The notes beneath the pieces are model-generated. The model had not been told where the DNA came from. It saw nothing but the letters and a program-made list of their open reading frames with translations, and did no database searches. A stretch of 51,567 bases of DNA, from assembly GCA_052327205.1 (NCBI GenBank), contig CM126220.1, forward strand, positions 71,486,001 through 71,537,567. The letters run 5' to 3'. The number at the start of each line of letters is the position of its first letter. Within the stretch, counting starts at the first letter, position 1. This DNA comes from Somniosus microcephalus. Its lineage: Eukaryota. The translations under genes were made by a program, and so were the position numbers. Below, one piece after another: positions 23,780 to 35,975 of the stretch.

Positions 23780-25027
23780 GTAAGTCTATCTGTGCTGTGT
23801 GCTTTGTTGTCCACAATGTTTGCAATGCATTACAATCGTCTCTTTCCCCTCATTACAGTTGTTCTTTGGACACAAATAGTGTTGGCGAAAGGGTTCTTAG
23901 AGGCAAAATTCCCCATTAGCTCAAAATAACTAAAGGAGAACTCAAATACCAGGAGTTTGCTCAGAAACAAAATTCTGCGCCAAGTGTTCTGAATTGCCAG
24001 AAATCACGTGGAGAAATCAAACTGTAATGTCGTTATTTCCCCACCAGATGGATCCCAATGCTCCTCCTTCAGGCAGCGCATTGTGAGTGAAATGTCAGCA
24101 CTAAAGTACACCTGTGCTTTCCTTCCACCCGGTGTTTGGTCTAACAGACAGCTTGCATTCTATTTGGACACTCTAGAAAGGATCTACAGTGCCTGTCCAG
24201 ATACACTGATATATGTGCACTGTCGCTGGCGCACATTATAAATACCAAATCACACAGGGTCACCAGCAGGGAGCTGGGAATTCTTGACTTGCCTATTTTC
24301 CATGAATACAAAAGGATACAGGGAGAGGGCAGGGATAGCTCCAGTTAGCACTGGTTAGCAGGCACGATGGGGTGAATAGATCCTTCTGTGCTGTCATTTC
24401 TATGATTCCAGTGCCTTTCTTATATCATATTTAGGCAGCTTGCATCTAGAACATTTCCTCCAATACTCAACTCCTGACCACAGGAATCTGCAGCACTCCA
24501 ATTGAAATCTTCCAATAAACCGATTTCAATTTTGTAATGTTTACCTTTTGTGATAAATCTTCTCTATTCCTACTTCACACACAATGGAATCAACTCACAG
24601 GAGCCTAACGCCCGTCCAATCCAGCTGTTTGTTATTGAATAGATTTACCTTCTCTACTTTCTGCCACTTAATTTTTTTCCTTTGATGGAGTCCCGAGGCG
24701 AGAGCATTAATCGAGCTGTTAAGTCTGTGTGTTATAGTGAGAATTACTACACAGACCACAAGAGTAAATTCAACAGGTCTTTACTGGTTGGAGGTCGGAC
24801 TATACTGAATACAATATTATTACACTGTGCTTATATACTGGTGTGGTCACCACCGGTATTACGTATACAGCAGCCAAAGAAAGTAGTACCTTTCTTAAGG
24901 TGGACCAGGCTTAAGTTCTCTTAAGGTGGAACAGGTTGCATACACCACAATCCTCCCTTTTTAGCTTAACAGTCATATCCCCAAATAAACATAACATATA
25001 TACATATATAACTTCAGGTATAACAGT

Positions 25028-28000
25028 TCAAAGGTTCAGTCTCTCAGGAGGCTTTCTGATTCAGCTTGGATAACGCCTTTCAGTGGTCTCTGATTCTTGT
25101 TGTTGAGGTGCCTCCTCTAGTTGGTTGCCAATGTATTGGGTGTCATCATCATCAAATACATTCTCGGCCGAGGTAGATGCTTCAGGTTCATGAACGTCTT
25201 CCACAGTTGTCTCTGTCACAACTATGGGTTCGACCCTTGCTCTCGACTCTACCAGTTGATCCGCATGACGCCTTATCACATTATGACCAATATCTACGGT
25301 GTACATCAGAGGTCCTTGTCTGGCCCGGATTGTTCCGGACTGCCATTTGTCGTTTCCATAGCCCCTTGCCATCACTGGTTGTCCTACGTCGAAAGTTCGA
25401 GTGGTCTTGCTGTTAATATGCCGAAACTGTTTGTTTTCCACTTCCCTCCGCACATTTGGTTTTAACAAGTCCAACTTGGACCGCAACCTCCTGTTATAAA
25501 ACATCATAGCAGGACTTTGGTTAGTCACAGCATGATCGGCGTTTCTATATGACATCAGGAACTTATCGACCTTGTGTTGCAGCGGAATCTGATCATCATT
25601 CAGGCCTTAATAGCCTTTTTGAATGTCTGGACAAATCTTTCAGCCAACCCGTTTGTCGCCGGATGATATGGGGCAGAGGTATAATGTTTAACTCCATTCT
25701 TCTTTAAGAATTGTTGGAATTCTTCCGATACAAACTGTGGTCCGTTGTCCGAACAGATCTGTTCTGGCAATCCGTTCCTTGCGAATATTGTTCTTAACAC
25801 CGCAATTGTCTTTTCTGAAGTAGTGGTATTCATCTTGATGACTTCTGGCCATTTGGAATGTGCATCCACCGCGATTAGGAACATGGAGTCCATGAATGGA
25901 CCAGCAAAGTCAATGTGTACGCGTTGCCATGGGGCTGAAGGCCATTCCCATGGGTGTAGCGGTGCTATCGGAGGTGCATTTTGCACTTTTTGACACCCAG
26001 CGCAGCTTTTCGTTAACTCCTCAATCTGTTGGTCAATACCCGGCCACCATACGTAAGCCCTAGCAAGACTTTTCATTTTAACTCCCCCCAGATGACCTTC
26101 ATGTAGTTCTTTTAAAACTCTTTCCCTTAACTTGGGAGGAATAATCACTCTTGTCCCGTACATCAAAGTACCATGGCAGACGGACAGCTGGTCTCGCCTT
26201 GCCGAGAATGCCGGTAACAGAGAATCACCCCGTGTTGGCCATCCTTTCACTGTCACCTCGTAGACTCTGGACAGTGTTGGGTCGTTCCTGGTTTCTCTTT
26301 CAATACTTGCGTTGGTGACAGGTAAACACTCGATAATGGTCGAATGAAATAACTCAACAGGGTCAACTTCCGTCGTGTCTTCATCTTCAGGTAGTGGCAG
26401 GCGCGACAGGCCATCAGCATTGCCATGCTGTTTTGTACCTTTGAATTCTATCTGATATTGATGTGCCCCTAAGAAAAGAGACCATCTCTGGAGACGCTGT
26501 GCTGTCATCACCGAAACACCCTTCTTAGGGTTAAAAATGGACACCAACGGTTGATGGTCCGTCAGAAGTGTGAATTTTTGGCCCTGTAGGTAATGATTAA
26601 ACTTCTTCACTCCCCATACAAGGCTAAGGGCCTCCCTATCGATCTGTGCATAGTTGCGCTCAGCGGAGGTCAATGATCTGGATGCAAACACGACTGGCCT
26701 TTCCGTGCCATTTGGCAATTTATGTGAGAGTACTGCCCCAATACCATATGGAGAAGCATCACAAGCCAACCGAATAGGCAGTGTCGGGTTGAAGTGAGCC
26801 AACACTTCCTCTGAGGTGATCAATTCTTTGCTTTTGCGAAATGCCTTCTTACAGTTTTCTCCCCAGTCCCATGGTACCCCTTTCTGTAAAAGAGCGTTCA
26901 ACAGATGCAGCACCGTGGATAGATTTGGCAGAAATTTATGGTAGACCAGCCGAGTTTCGGATAAAGGAGAATTTCGGATTTCGGAAGGTGGGTCGGCAGG
27001 GGTCCGCGGGGGGGGGGTCGGAGGGGGTCGGCGGGGGGTCGTGCGCACGACTTACGCTGACGCTCAGCGTAAGTCAGTCGGGGTCGGCGGGGGTCGGGGC
27101 CGGCGGGGTCCGCGGGGGGGGTCGGCGGTTGTCGGGGCTGGCAGGGTCAGCGGTTGTCGGGGCCGGCGGGGTCCGCGGGGGGGTCGGCAGGGGGGATCGG
27201 CGGTTGTCGGGGCCGGCGGGGTCCGCGGGGGGGTCGGCGGTTGTCGGGGCTGGCGGGGTCGGCGGTTGTCGGGGCCGGCGGGGTCCGCGGGGGGGTCGGC
27301 GGTTGTCGGGGCTGGCGGGGTCGGCGGTTGTCGGGTCCGCGGGGGGGTTGGCGGTTGTCGGGGCTGGCGGGGTCGGCAGTTGTCGGGGCCGCCGGGGTCC
27401 GCGGGGGGGTCGGCGGTTGTCGGGGCTGGCAGGGTCGGCGGTTGTCGGGGCCGGCGGGGTCCGCGGGGGGGTCGGCGGTTGTCGGGGCCGGCGGGGTCCG
27501 CGGGGGGGTCGGCGGTTGTCGGGGCCGGCGGGGTCCGCGGGGGGGTCGGCGGTTGTCGGGGCTGGCGGGGTCGGCGGTTGTCGGGGCCAGCGGGGTCCAC
27601 GGCGGGGGGGGTCGGCGGGGGGTCGTGCGCACGACTTACCCTTTATCCGAACTTCCGAAACCGGAACCCTCTAAAAACCGAAGGTTTTTTCGTTCGTACG
27701 CACGACTTACGCTGACCGAAAAAACCTTCGGTTTTTAGAGGGTTTCGGTTTTCGGAAGTCCGGATAAAGGGTAGTCTACCTGTAGTTAATTAATCCTAGA
27801 AACGACCTCAACTGAGAGACATTCTCCGGAGCGGGAGCCTTTACAACTGCCGCTATCTTGTCAGGAGACTTATGAAGCCCCTCCCGGTCAATGACATGAC
27901 CACAGTACGAGATCCGCTTCTGGAAGAACTCACATTTCTGCCGATTTACCCTAAGTCCATACTCTTTCAGTCTGTTGAGCACCAGTTCCAAGTTAGCGAG

Positions 28001-29815
28001 ATGTTGTTCATCACCATCACCTGTGATCAGAATGTCGTCCAGGTAACATTGTGTGCCTGGAATTCCCTGTAATACCTGCTCCATGGCCCTCTGCCAAATT
28101 GCTGGAGCCGATGCCACACCAAAAACCAGCCTATTGTACCGGTACAACCCTCGATGCGTGTTGATCGTGAGGTATTGGCGTGACTCTTCTTCAACCTCCA
28201 TCTGCAAGTACGCCTGCGCCAGGTCTATCTTGGTGAAGTGTTTCCCGCCAGACAGTGAAGCGAAAATATCCTCAATCCGTGGAAGCGGATACTGCACCGT
28301 GTGAAGCACCGGATTAACGGTGATCTTGAAATCTCCACAGATGCGAACCTTCCCTGGATCTCCTGGCTTATTGTTCGCAGGACGTTTCATAACGGGAACA
28401 ATGGGCGTAGCCCACTCACTCCAATCTACTTTAGACAGTACCCCTGAACGCTCTAGTGCTTCCAGCTCCGCTTCAACCGCAGGTCGTATTGCATAGGGTA
28501 CCGGTCTGGCTTTAAAAAATTTTGGTTGTGCATGTTCATCAATCTTGATGTTTGCCGTAATTCCTCTCAGTGTTCCCAGTCCCGGCTGGAACACCTCTTT
28601 AGCCTCATCCAATATTCTGGACAATCGTTTAGGTTTGACAGCTGTTTCCCCGCAATCTACCGTTAGTGCTTTCAAGGAGTGCCAGTCCATATTCATTTTC
28701 CTAATCCACTCCCGTCCTAGTAGTGGTGGACCTCCTTCAGGTAGCACATATAAGTCCATTACTTGGCTTCCTTCGCCCTTGTGGACCACTTCTACCTCTA
28801 TTTTTCTGATGGGGTACACTCTTTGCCCCGTGTACGTTTTCAATATAATCTCCGTATCCTGTAAGGGAATATGTTGGAATAACCTTCTGTAATCTTTCTT
28901 ATTCATGACCGTCAATGCCGATCCAGTGTCCAATTCCATTTTTACTTGGCCTCCTGCTATCTTAAGAGTGACCCAAATTGTCTGGAGGTCTGTATCCTTA
29001 CCAACGTTGTGTATTCTTAAGCTATCCAGTTCATTAGCGTCTGAATCTGACTTCTGTTCAGTCAAACTGTTCTTTGTCACCTTGTGTACCTTTGCATATT
29101 TTCCTTGCGGTGACTTTTTATTGCTGGTCTTCTTTCCTGACCGGCATACTTTAGCTATGTGGCCAAACCTGCCACACGTTCTGCATTCTTGGTTTTTAAA
29201 CCAACACTGGTTCTGATCGTGCGTTGTCTTTCCACAACGATAACATTTGACAGAACTCAAACCCAATTTGTTTGTACCGAGTTCCGGTGGCCATAGCTGC
29301 ATTACTGCCGTGCCTCTCGCTGCGGCCTCGTGTGCTGCTGCCATAGTGACCGCCTTCTCGAGAGACAGCTCATTCTCCTCGAGCAGTCGCCTTTGTGTAT
29401 CCTGTTTAAATAAACCACACACAAATCTATCTCGAAGTGCCTCTGTCAGTCCCGTTCCAAACTGACAATATTTTGCTAGCTTACGTAATTCCATCAAATA
29501 TTCAGCATTGCTTTCATTTTGCCGCTGTCTTCTATCGTAAAATTTAAATCGTTCCGCTAGCATCAGCGGCGTGGGGCTAAGATGATTTTTTAGGACAGTA
29601 ACAATCTGTTCGAACGTCTTATCCGCCGGTTCATCTGGTGATAACAGGTGTTTCAATTGCCCGTATGTCTTCGCACCCATTAAGTTTAGTAATGTTAGTG
29701 CTTTATCTGTCTCAGGAATTTTATTTGCCTTACAATAGTTTTGTATGCATTCTACATACATAGCCCAGTCTTCTATATCACTGTCGAAGGCATTAATGTT
29801 CCCATGTTTAGGCAT
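25028..29815 (-). pseudogene. gag-pol disrupted by an 838-bp insertion, a frameshift near 25600 and a late stop at 25061
   Basis: MPKHGN.. Gag with two CCHC, then LDTGS, YLDD, DASPYGIGAVL, HHCC and SDNGPQF. The tail reads ERRYPS*IRKPPERLNL. Confidence 0.92.
26945..27782. mobile_element. Insertion with a Tc1/mariner(pogo/Tigger)-like terminus, GC-rich minisatellite and large hairpin
   Basis: Removing it restores LGLINYYHKFLPNL. The right end is ...GTAGTCTACCTG|TA. Inverted arms at 27637-27692 and 27717-27773. GGCGGTTGTCGGGG repeats at ~27075-27620. Confidence 0.65.
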
Positions 29816-31211
29816 CGTAGCAATTTATCGTATTTTTAATGTTATCTAAGATGGCAGCTTCCCGCTCTTGCCGTCGTCCTCCGCCCACAAAATGGCGGTT
29901 TTCCCGCGCTTGGCAGTCTTCACCCGTCCCCCGACGCTGTCTCCGCTTCACCGCGGCTCTCGCGCCTTCAGTTTCCCCAGACGCTGCGCCTTTAGCCCGA
30001 ATGCGGCCCTTATCTCCGGTCGCGATCGATGTCCCGCGCTGCGCCTCTCGCTCGAAAGCGGCCCGGCCCTTATCTCTGGTCGCGATCGACCTCACTGCCC
30101 TTATTCCTCCGTCTTCCCAGCCCCGTCTGTACAGCCAACGCGGTTGACTTTCTGTCGCGTCGCTGCCCGGCTTACCCACCACGAGGTAGTAGAAGAAGCT
30201 GACAGTCGCTGATGGAGGCTTCGAGGTCAGGATGTCTTCTGCACTCCGGTTGCTCGATGCCTGCCGGTCGACGTGTCTTCCCGTAGGTGATGAGGGTGGA
30301 AACCTCTCTTCGACGTCCTGTCTGTGGACGAAGTCGCCGTGGAAATTACTGCAGCAGGGTAAGAATCGGACTCGTCGCCACTGTTAAGTCTGTGTGTTAT
30401 AGTGAGAATTACTACACAGACCACAAGAGTAAATTCAACAGGTCTTTACTGGTTGGAGGTCGGACTATACTGAATACAATATTATTACACTGTGCTTATA
30501 TACCGGTGTGGTCACCACCGGTATTACGTATACAGCAGCCAAAGAAAGTAGTACCTTTCTTAAGGTGGACCAGGCTTAAGTTCTCTTAAGGTGGAACAGG
30601 TTACATACACCACACGAGCGATCTGATGTTGGGTGATGTTTGATTTGATAATAAATGTACCTGGTTGCCCAGTTGGCTAATGAAGAATCCCTTCCACTTT
30701 AGAGCAGTCTATTAATGCAGAGTGTTGCTATGGTAACCAGGTACATGCCCAGAATTTCGCACATTTTGCGCTTCCAATTCCAACTGGCCATTTTTGGGCG
30801 GGCCTTCTTTCCAGGGCAAAATGAACCATAGCACTTGCCAGTGACCACCTCATGGGACAGAGGCTTGGGAGCGTACTGAAGGTTGTGCATATGTCCATTT
30901 GATGCACTTGAGGTCCTTGTGGGCCGCAGGTGTTAAACCCGCCATTGTGGAGTGATCACTGGCCTTCCTGTTTGTGCTTTGCTGCCCTGCAGTTTATAGG
31001 AAAGGTATGCTGGAGGTCATGGTCACCAACGATCTACGGCAGAGTTACGTCGAAGTTACAGCAGAGTAAGAGCAACTCCAAGGAAATTCCCAATCCATGC
31101 TTCCCTTACACGGTTCCTCAGCACAGGATGAATACTCCAGCGATTTTTCTTCTCTCCCCATACGCACCCACCATTCCTCTGATGGTTCAGTGATCAGGAC
31201 TTACAATGTAT

Positions 31212-31625
31212 CATAGAATCTTACAGCACGGGAGGAGGCCATTCAGCCCATCGTGCCTGTGCCAGCGCTTTGAAAGAGCTTTCCAATTAGTCCCACTCCC
31301 CTGCACTTTCCCCATAGTCCTGCACATTTTTCCTTTTTAAGTTTTATCCAATTTCCTTTTGAAAGTTATTATTGAATCTGCTTCCACCGCCCTTTCCGGC
31401 AGCGCATTTCAGATCACAACAACTCACTACGTTAAAAAAAATTCTCCTCATCTTCCCCTCTGTTTCTTTTACCAATTAACTTAAATCTGTGCCCTCTGGT
31501 TACCGACCCTCCTGCCAGTGGAAATAAATCTCCCTTCCTACTCTAACTAAACCTCATAATTTTGAACACCTCTATTAAATCTGCCCTTAACCTTCTCTGC
31601 TCGAAGGAGAACAATCCCTGCTCCT
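31212..31625 (-). mobile_element. CR1-type LINE 3' fragment
   Basis: CATAGAATCTTACAGCAC..GGAGGCCATTCAGCCC tail and CTTCTCTGCTCGAAGGAGAACAATCCC, similar to the reverse complement of 44690-45390. Confidence 0.65.
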
Positions 31626-31759
31626 CAAGTCACTCTAGTCTTTAAAATGTAATTTTAAATTTTACAAGTGTCACATGGCACGACTGTGGTTAGTGAAAAT
31701 AAACATTCCATCGAAGCTTCCCCTATTGGCAAACGCACCATGTCGCGTCATCCTGAACT

Positions 31760-32095
31760 TCACAGACCAGCAAGGGCTCAGGTTTAATCCTGATCTGTAC
31801 TCAGTTGGCTGATTTCAGCCAGGGCGATGATGGAGGTGCCACAGCTGCCCTCAGTGCCCCCTGGCTGGTGCGGGGAATAACCAGACAGGCTTCCCATTGC
31901 GGGTGACTATCCATTGAGCCCTGTTGGATGGCGTCCAAGTGTGGGTGAGAGGTGAGAACATGACCAAGTCCCTCTGCGATTCACCCCGCGGCCGAATAGC
32001 TCGCTAGCACTCGCTGTCTAAGCTTGGGTGGGCTTATTGGGGCTACCGGCACCTGAAGAATCACCTGAGGAAACATGGAGTCAATGGCTTCAGAG
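31760..32095 (+). mobile_element. Degraded LF-SINE-like copy
   Basis: CAGACCAG..CAGGTTTAATCC head and CTCAGTGCCCCCTGGCT core. Confidence 0.45.
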
Positions 32096-32269
32096 AAAGA
32101 GTGGAAGGATGTGAATTGTAGTCGGGTGGTGGGGATTACTTGGGGACTATCTTGTGTTCATGTATACGGGAGCAGGCGCGGGGAGTGGGGGAAAGCTTAT
32201 CTTGGGGGTGCACTGTAAATAAAGGCTTGTAAGCGGCTAAATGCTAGGCTCTGGTATTCTATCCTTCAC

Positions 32270-33018
32270 TAGAAACATAGACATAGAAACATAGAAGATA
32301 GGAGCAGGAGTAGGCCATTCGGCCCCTCAAGCCTGCTCCGCCATTCAATGAGATCATGGCTGATCATCCAAATTCAGTACCCTGTCCCTGCCTTCTCTCC
32401 ATATCCCTTGATCCCTTTAGCCTTAAGAAATATATCCAACTCCTTCTTGAATATATTTAATGAATTGGCCTCTACTGCCTTCTGTGGTAGAAAATTCCAC
32501 AGGTTCACCACTCTCTGGGTGAAGAAATTCCTCCTCATCTCTGTCCTAAATGGCCTACCCCTTATCCTTAGACTGTGACCCCTGGTTCTGGATTCCCCCA
32601 CCATCGGGAACATCCTCCCTGCATCTAGTCTGTCCAGTCCTGTCAGAATTTTATAAGTTTCAATGAGATCCCCTCTCATTCTTCTAAACTCCAGCGAGTA
32701 CAAGCCCAATCGACCCAATCTCTCCTCATACGTCATTCCTGCCATCCCAGGTATCAGCCTGGTGAGTCTTCACTGAACCCCTTCCATGGCAAGAACATCC
32801 TTCCTCAGATAAGGCGACCAAAACTGCACACAATACTCAAGGTGTGGTCTCACCAAGGCCCTGTACAACTGCAGCAAGACATCCTTGCTCTTTACTCGAA
32901 TCCTCTCGCTACGAAGGCCAACATACCATTTGCCTTCTTAACCACCTGCATGCTTACCTTCAGCGACTGGTGCACAAGGACACCCAGGTCTTGTTGCACT
33001 TCCCCTTCTCCCAATCTA
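32270..33018 (-). mobile_element. 5'-truncated CR1 LINE
   Basis: [29 protein letters not shown] and [14 protein letters not shown]; (CTATGTTT)n tail. Confidence 0.9.
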
Positions 33019-33190
33019 TTAGGTATCCGACTTTTACAAGGCAATGGGTACAAGGCAGAGACTTGCACGAACTGGTTGTTGTTGTTGGTGTCATACGTTC
33101 CTTTGGAGAACAGTGAGAAGATTCTCAGGCTGATTAAGAGTGTGAGATGCTCTGATGTGAACACTCTTTCCGTGCTGTTTTGTGTCGCAG

Positions 33191-33411
33191 CATTCAACGA
33201 AGTGGGCGGTTACGACGCCATGAAGGAGAAGTACATGAACGCCATCACCAGCCAGACCACCGATCCCATTCTGAACATCAGCGCCGAGTGTTACACACCC
33301 AGACCGGACTCATTCCACTTGTTCCGGAATCCCCTCACCGCGGATCTACCCTGGCCAGGCCTGATCTTCGGTCTAACTATCTTGGCAATCTGGTACTGGT
33401 GCACTGATCAG
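33191..33411 (+). CDS. SLC5A1: Sodium/glucose cotransporter exon 8 equivalent
   Basis: [16 protein letters not shown]...[15 protein letters not shown]...LPWPGLIFG...WYWCTDQ; AG/GT boundaries; 221 bp. Confidence 0.92.
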
Positions 33412-33868
33412 GTAAGATAGACACACAAACCCTGACTAGACAGAAATCACACAGGCTGCCTTGTTCTAATTGATGTTAGCCATGGTCGGGTAGAATAATT
33501 GAACGCTTTGTAAATGGTAGGTACATAACTGGGCCCCGTGTAAGTATTTAAGAAACATATAAATATAAGTAGGGAGTATTGTTCTTTTTAAAGTGTGCAT
33601 AGATGTTAACGTATGAATTTAGCTGTGTTTAATCTGTGACTCAACTGGCAAAATGCCACCACTTCCAAATTCCAAGTTCCCTTCCAAGTCACTCACCATC
33701 CTGATTTGGAAATATATCACCATTCCTTCACTGTCATTGGGTCAAAATCCTGGAACTCCCTACCTAACCGGACTTTGGGAGCGCCGTCACTCCATGGACT
33801 GCCGCGGTTCAAGAAGAAGGCTCACCACCACCTTCTCTGGGGCAACCAGAGATGGACAATAAATCAAT

Positions 33869-33997
33869 AGCAAAATACTGCGGATGCTGGAAATCTGCAA
33901 TAACAACAGAAAATGTTGGAAATACTCAGCAGGCCAGGCAGCATCCGTGGAGAGAGAAACAGAGTTAACGTTTCAGGTCTGGGACCCTTCATCAGAA
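33869..33997 (-). mobile_element. Penelope-type pseudo-LTR fragment with a minimal hammerhead motif
   Basis: Minus strand reads CTGATGA-AGGGTC-CCA-GACCT-GAAACGTTAAC. Same repeat as 39574-39803. Confidence 0.55.
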
Positions 33998-35520
33998 TGC
34001 CGGCCTTCTCAATGACACCAATATCCTCAGAATAAATGTTTAAAGGACAAGGGGGAACTCCAGTTTGAGAGGCAGCGAATTGAAGCTCTACAGGAGAAAA
34101 GCACACGGGGTAAAACAGCAAACTCTGAGCTCACCTGCACCAAAATGTGCTCGCTGCTGACTCTTGTGGCCAGGTAACACATCACCCCTCCACCCCGAAC
34201 ACCCTCGGTGCCACCTGACCCAGGCGTCGTTGCCGTCCGATAGGCTGTCATCCACTGCGAGGTTGTCTCCTGTAAGGGTGAAGAAGACAATCCATAACTC
34301 ATTTCTGTTGAAATAGCACCGTGTGATATTAGCACCGTATGTATGAGGTTCCCTTGTCTGCTGTTTCAACAAAGACATCAACCCATTTATTTTAAACAGC
34401 AAACAGGAATTTCATGTGAAATGAACACGTTCTTTATTACTATCTTAAAGCACGATTTCAGCACAAGCATCATTTCACAGTGTTTACTCTCTTTGGGTCT
34501 CGAGCACAGCTCAGTTTTTGAGCTACCCAGTGCCCAGATGTCAGCCCAGTGTTATCTTATGTAGGCTTCCTCAGGGTAGGAAGCCACAGGCAATTCACAG
34601 TAGCCTGGTACAACTTTGCAGATGTGCTGCAGTTGTTATATCCTGTACCCAAAGGTGGCCATGCGGCTTGAGGCCTGGAGATCCAAGGGTGGTGATCATG
34701 GGAGTTCAGTGTAGGGTTATCCTCACTGCAGCTCCTTTGAACCTCAGGTTGCATGGCACTACAAGCTCTTTAAAGGGTACTTTTCCAAGTGTGCGTTACA
34801 AACGGGGAACCTCACCCACCGATGCACTGCCCACAATTTGGGCAGAACCAGTAGCACAGATCCCAAAAGCAAGTGGAGAACCTGAGTAGGAAAATTATAA
34901 AGGTGGGGACAACAGCTTTGAGAGCTGGAAGAAAGGCACGCACCATGGTGAGGTCCTGAGGTACCCATGGCGACCGATCCAAAGATGGGAGCTTTATTTT
35001 CCAACCGACGATTGGACGAAGCAATTTTGCGCTGTCAGATCAGAAACATCACCACACCACCCTTCGCTGTGTCACCCTTTTCAAAGAATTGGCGTCTTCA
35101 GCGAACAGCCAACCAACCAGGCATGACTGGCCAACATCCAGCCTGGGGATTATTCAAAGGGCCAAAAAAAACTCTGACTTCCCCTTCCACCCCACGTCCT
35201 TCAGCGCCTGGCAAATCTCCAGAGCACAACAGAATGGACCAACACTGAGCGATAACTGGCTCTCCTGGAATCTTCAGGCTTGTGGGAGGAGATGGAGCTC
35301 CAAAGCCTAATCAATCACTAGCACACCAGTCATCCCAACTCCTGGGAGCCTGAGGCCCCAATGGGACCCTATGACTGGGGGCATTTTTGCTGCAGGAATG
35401 GTGCAAAAATAAGCAGATCATAATCTCTAAAAAGGCCATTTACAATATTTACAATATTTAAACCAGATGCATTACCCTTGATTCCAGCAGCAGTTTGTTT
35501 CTCATTATTATATCTCACAG

Positions 35521-35656
35521 GTAATTGTTCAACGCTGCCTCGCCGCAAAAAATATGAGCCATGTCAAGGCTGGTTGTATCCTATGTGGCTACCTCAAGCT
35601 TCTGCCCATGTACCTCATGGTCTTCCCAGGAATGATCAGCCGAATCCTGTACACAG
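35521..35656 (+). CDS. SLC5A1: Sodium/glucose cotransporter exon 9 equivalent
   Basis: [45 protein letters not shown]; 136 bp; cag|..|gtgag. Confidence 0.92.
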
Positions 35657-35906
35657 GTGAGGGACTATCATTGAATCGCAGGTAAGGGACTATCATGGAA
35701 TCGCAGGTAAGGGACTATCATTGAATCGCAGGTAAGGGACTATCATGGAATCGCAGGTAAGGGACTATCATGGAATTGCAGGTAAGGGACTATCATTGAA
35801 TCGCAGGTAAGGGACTATCATTGAATCGCAGGTAAGGGACTATCATTGAATCGCAGGTAAGGGACTATCATGGAATCGCAGGTAAGGGACTATCATGGAA
35901 TCGCAG
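35654..35906 (+). repeat. 25-bp tandem repeat x10 that reiterates the exon 9 splice donor
   Basis: Unit CAGGTAAGGGACTATCAT(T/G)GAATCG; the first copy reads CAGGTGAGG. Confidence 0.95.
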
Positions 35907-35975
35907 AAGGAGGCTTTTCCTGGCCTATCAGACCTCTGTAAACTTCCATTCTAATTTCCTTTTTTCCCTTAGATT

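Larger units (their letters stand above)
24717..30614 (-). mobile_element. Full-length Ty3/Gypsy (Mag-like) LTR retrotransposon (element 3), pol-containing relative of element 1
   Basis: 233-bp LTRs at 24717-24949 and 30382-30614 (2 mismatches seen). TSD CGAGC. PBS TGGCGACGAG and PPT GCTAAAAAGGGAGGAT on the minus strand. Confidence 0.96.

Noticed and set aside
26841-27738. Gly/Arg/Pro-rich ORFs, including the apparent N-terminus of ORF 25600-27048
   Set aside because: Derived from the GC-rich repeat in the insertion. True pol sequence resumes at YHKFLPN.
32117-33037. Possible solo LTR (TGTAGTCGG...AATAAA...CCGACTTTTACA) split by the CR1
   Set aside because: The termini are suggestive, but I found no matching TSD, so it is not called.
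35654-35906. CRISPR-like regular repeats (also the 18- and 30-bp arrays)
   Set aside because: Head-to-tail tandem units with no unique spacers, no cas genes, and a eukaryotic context.
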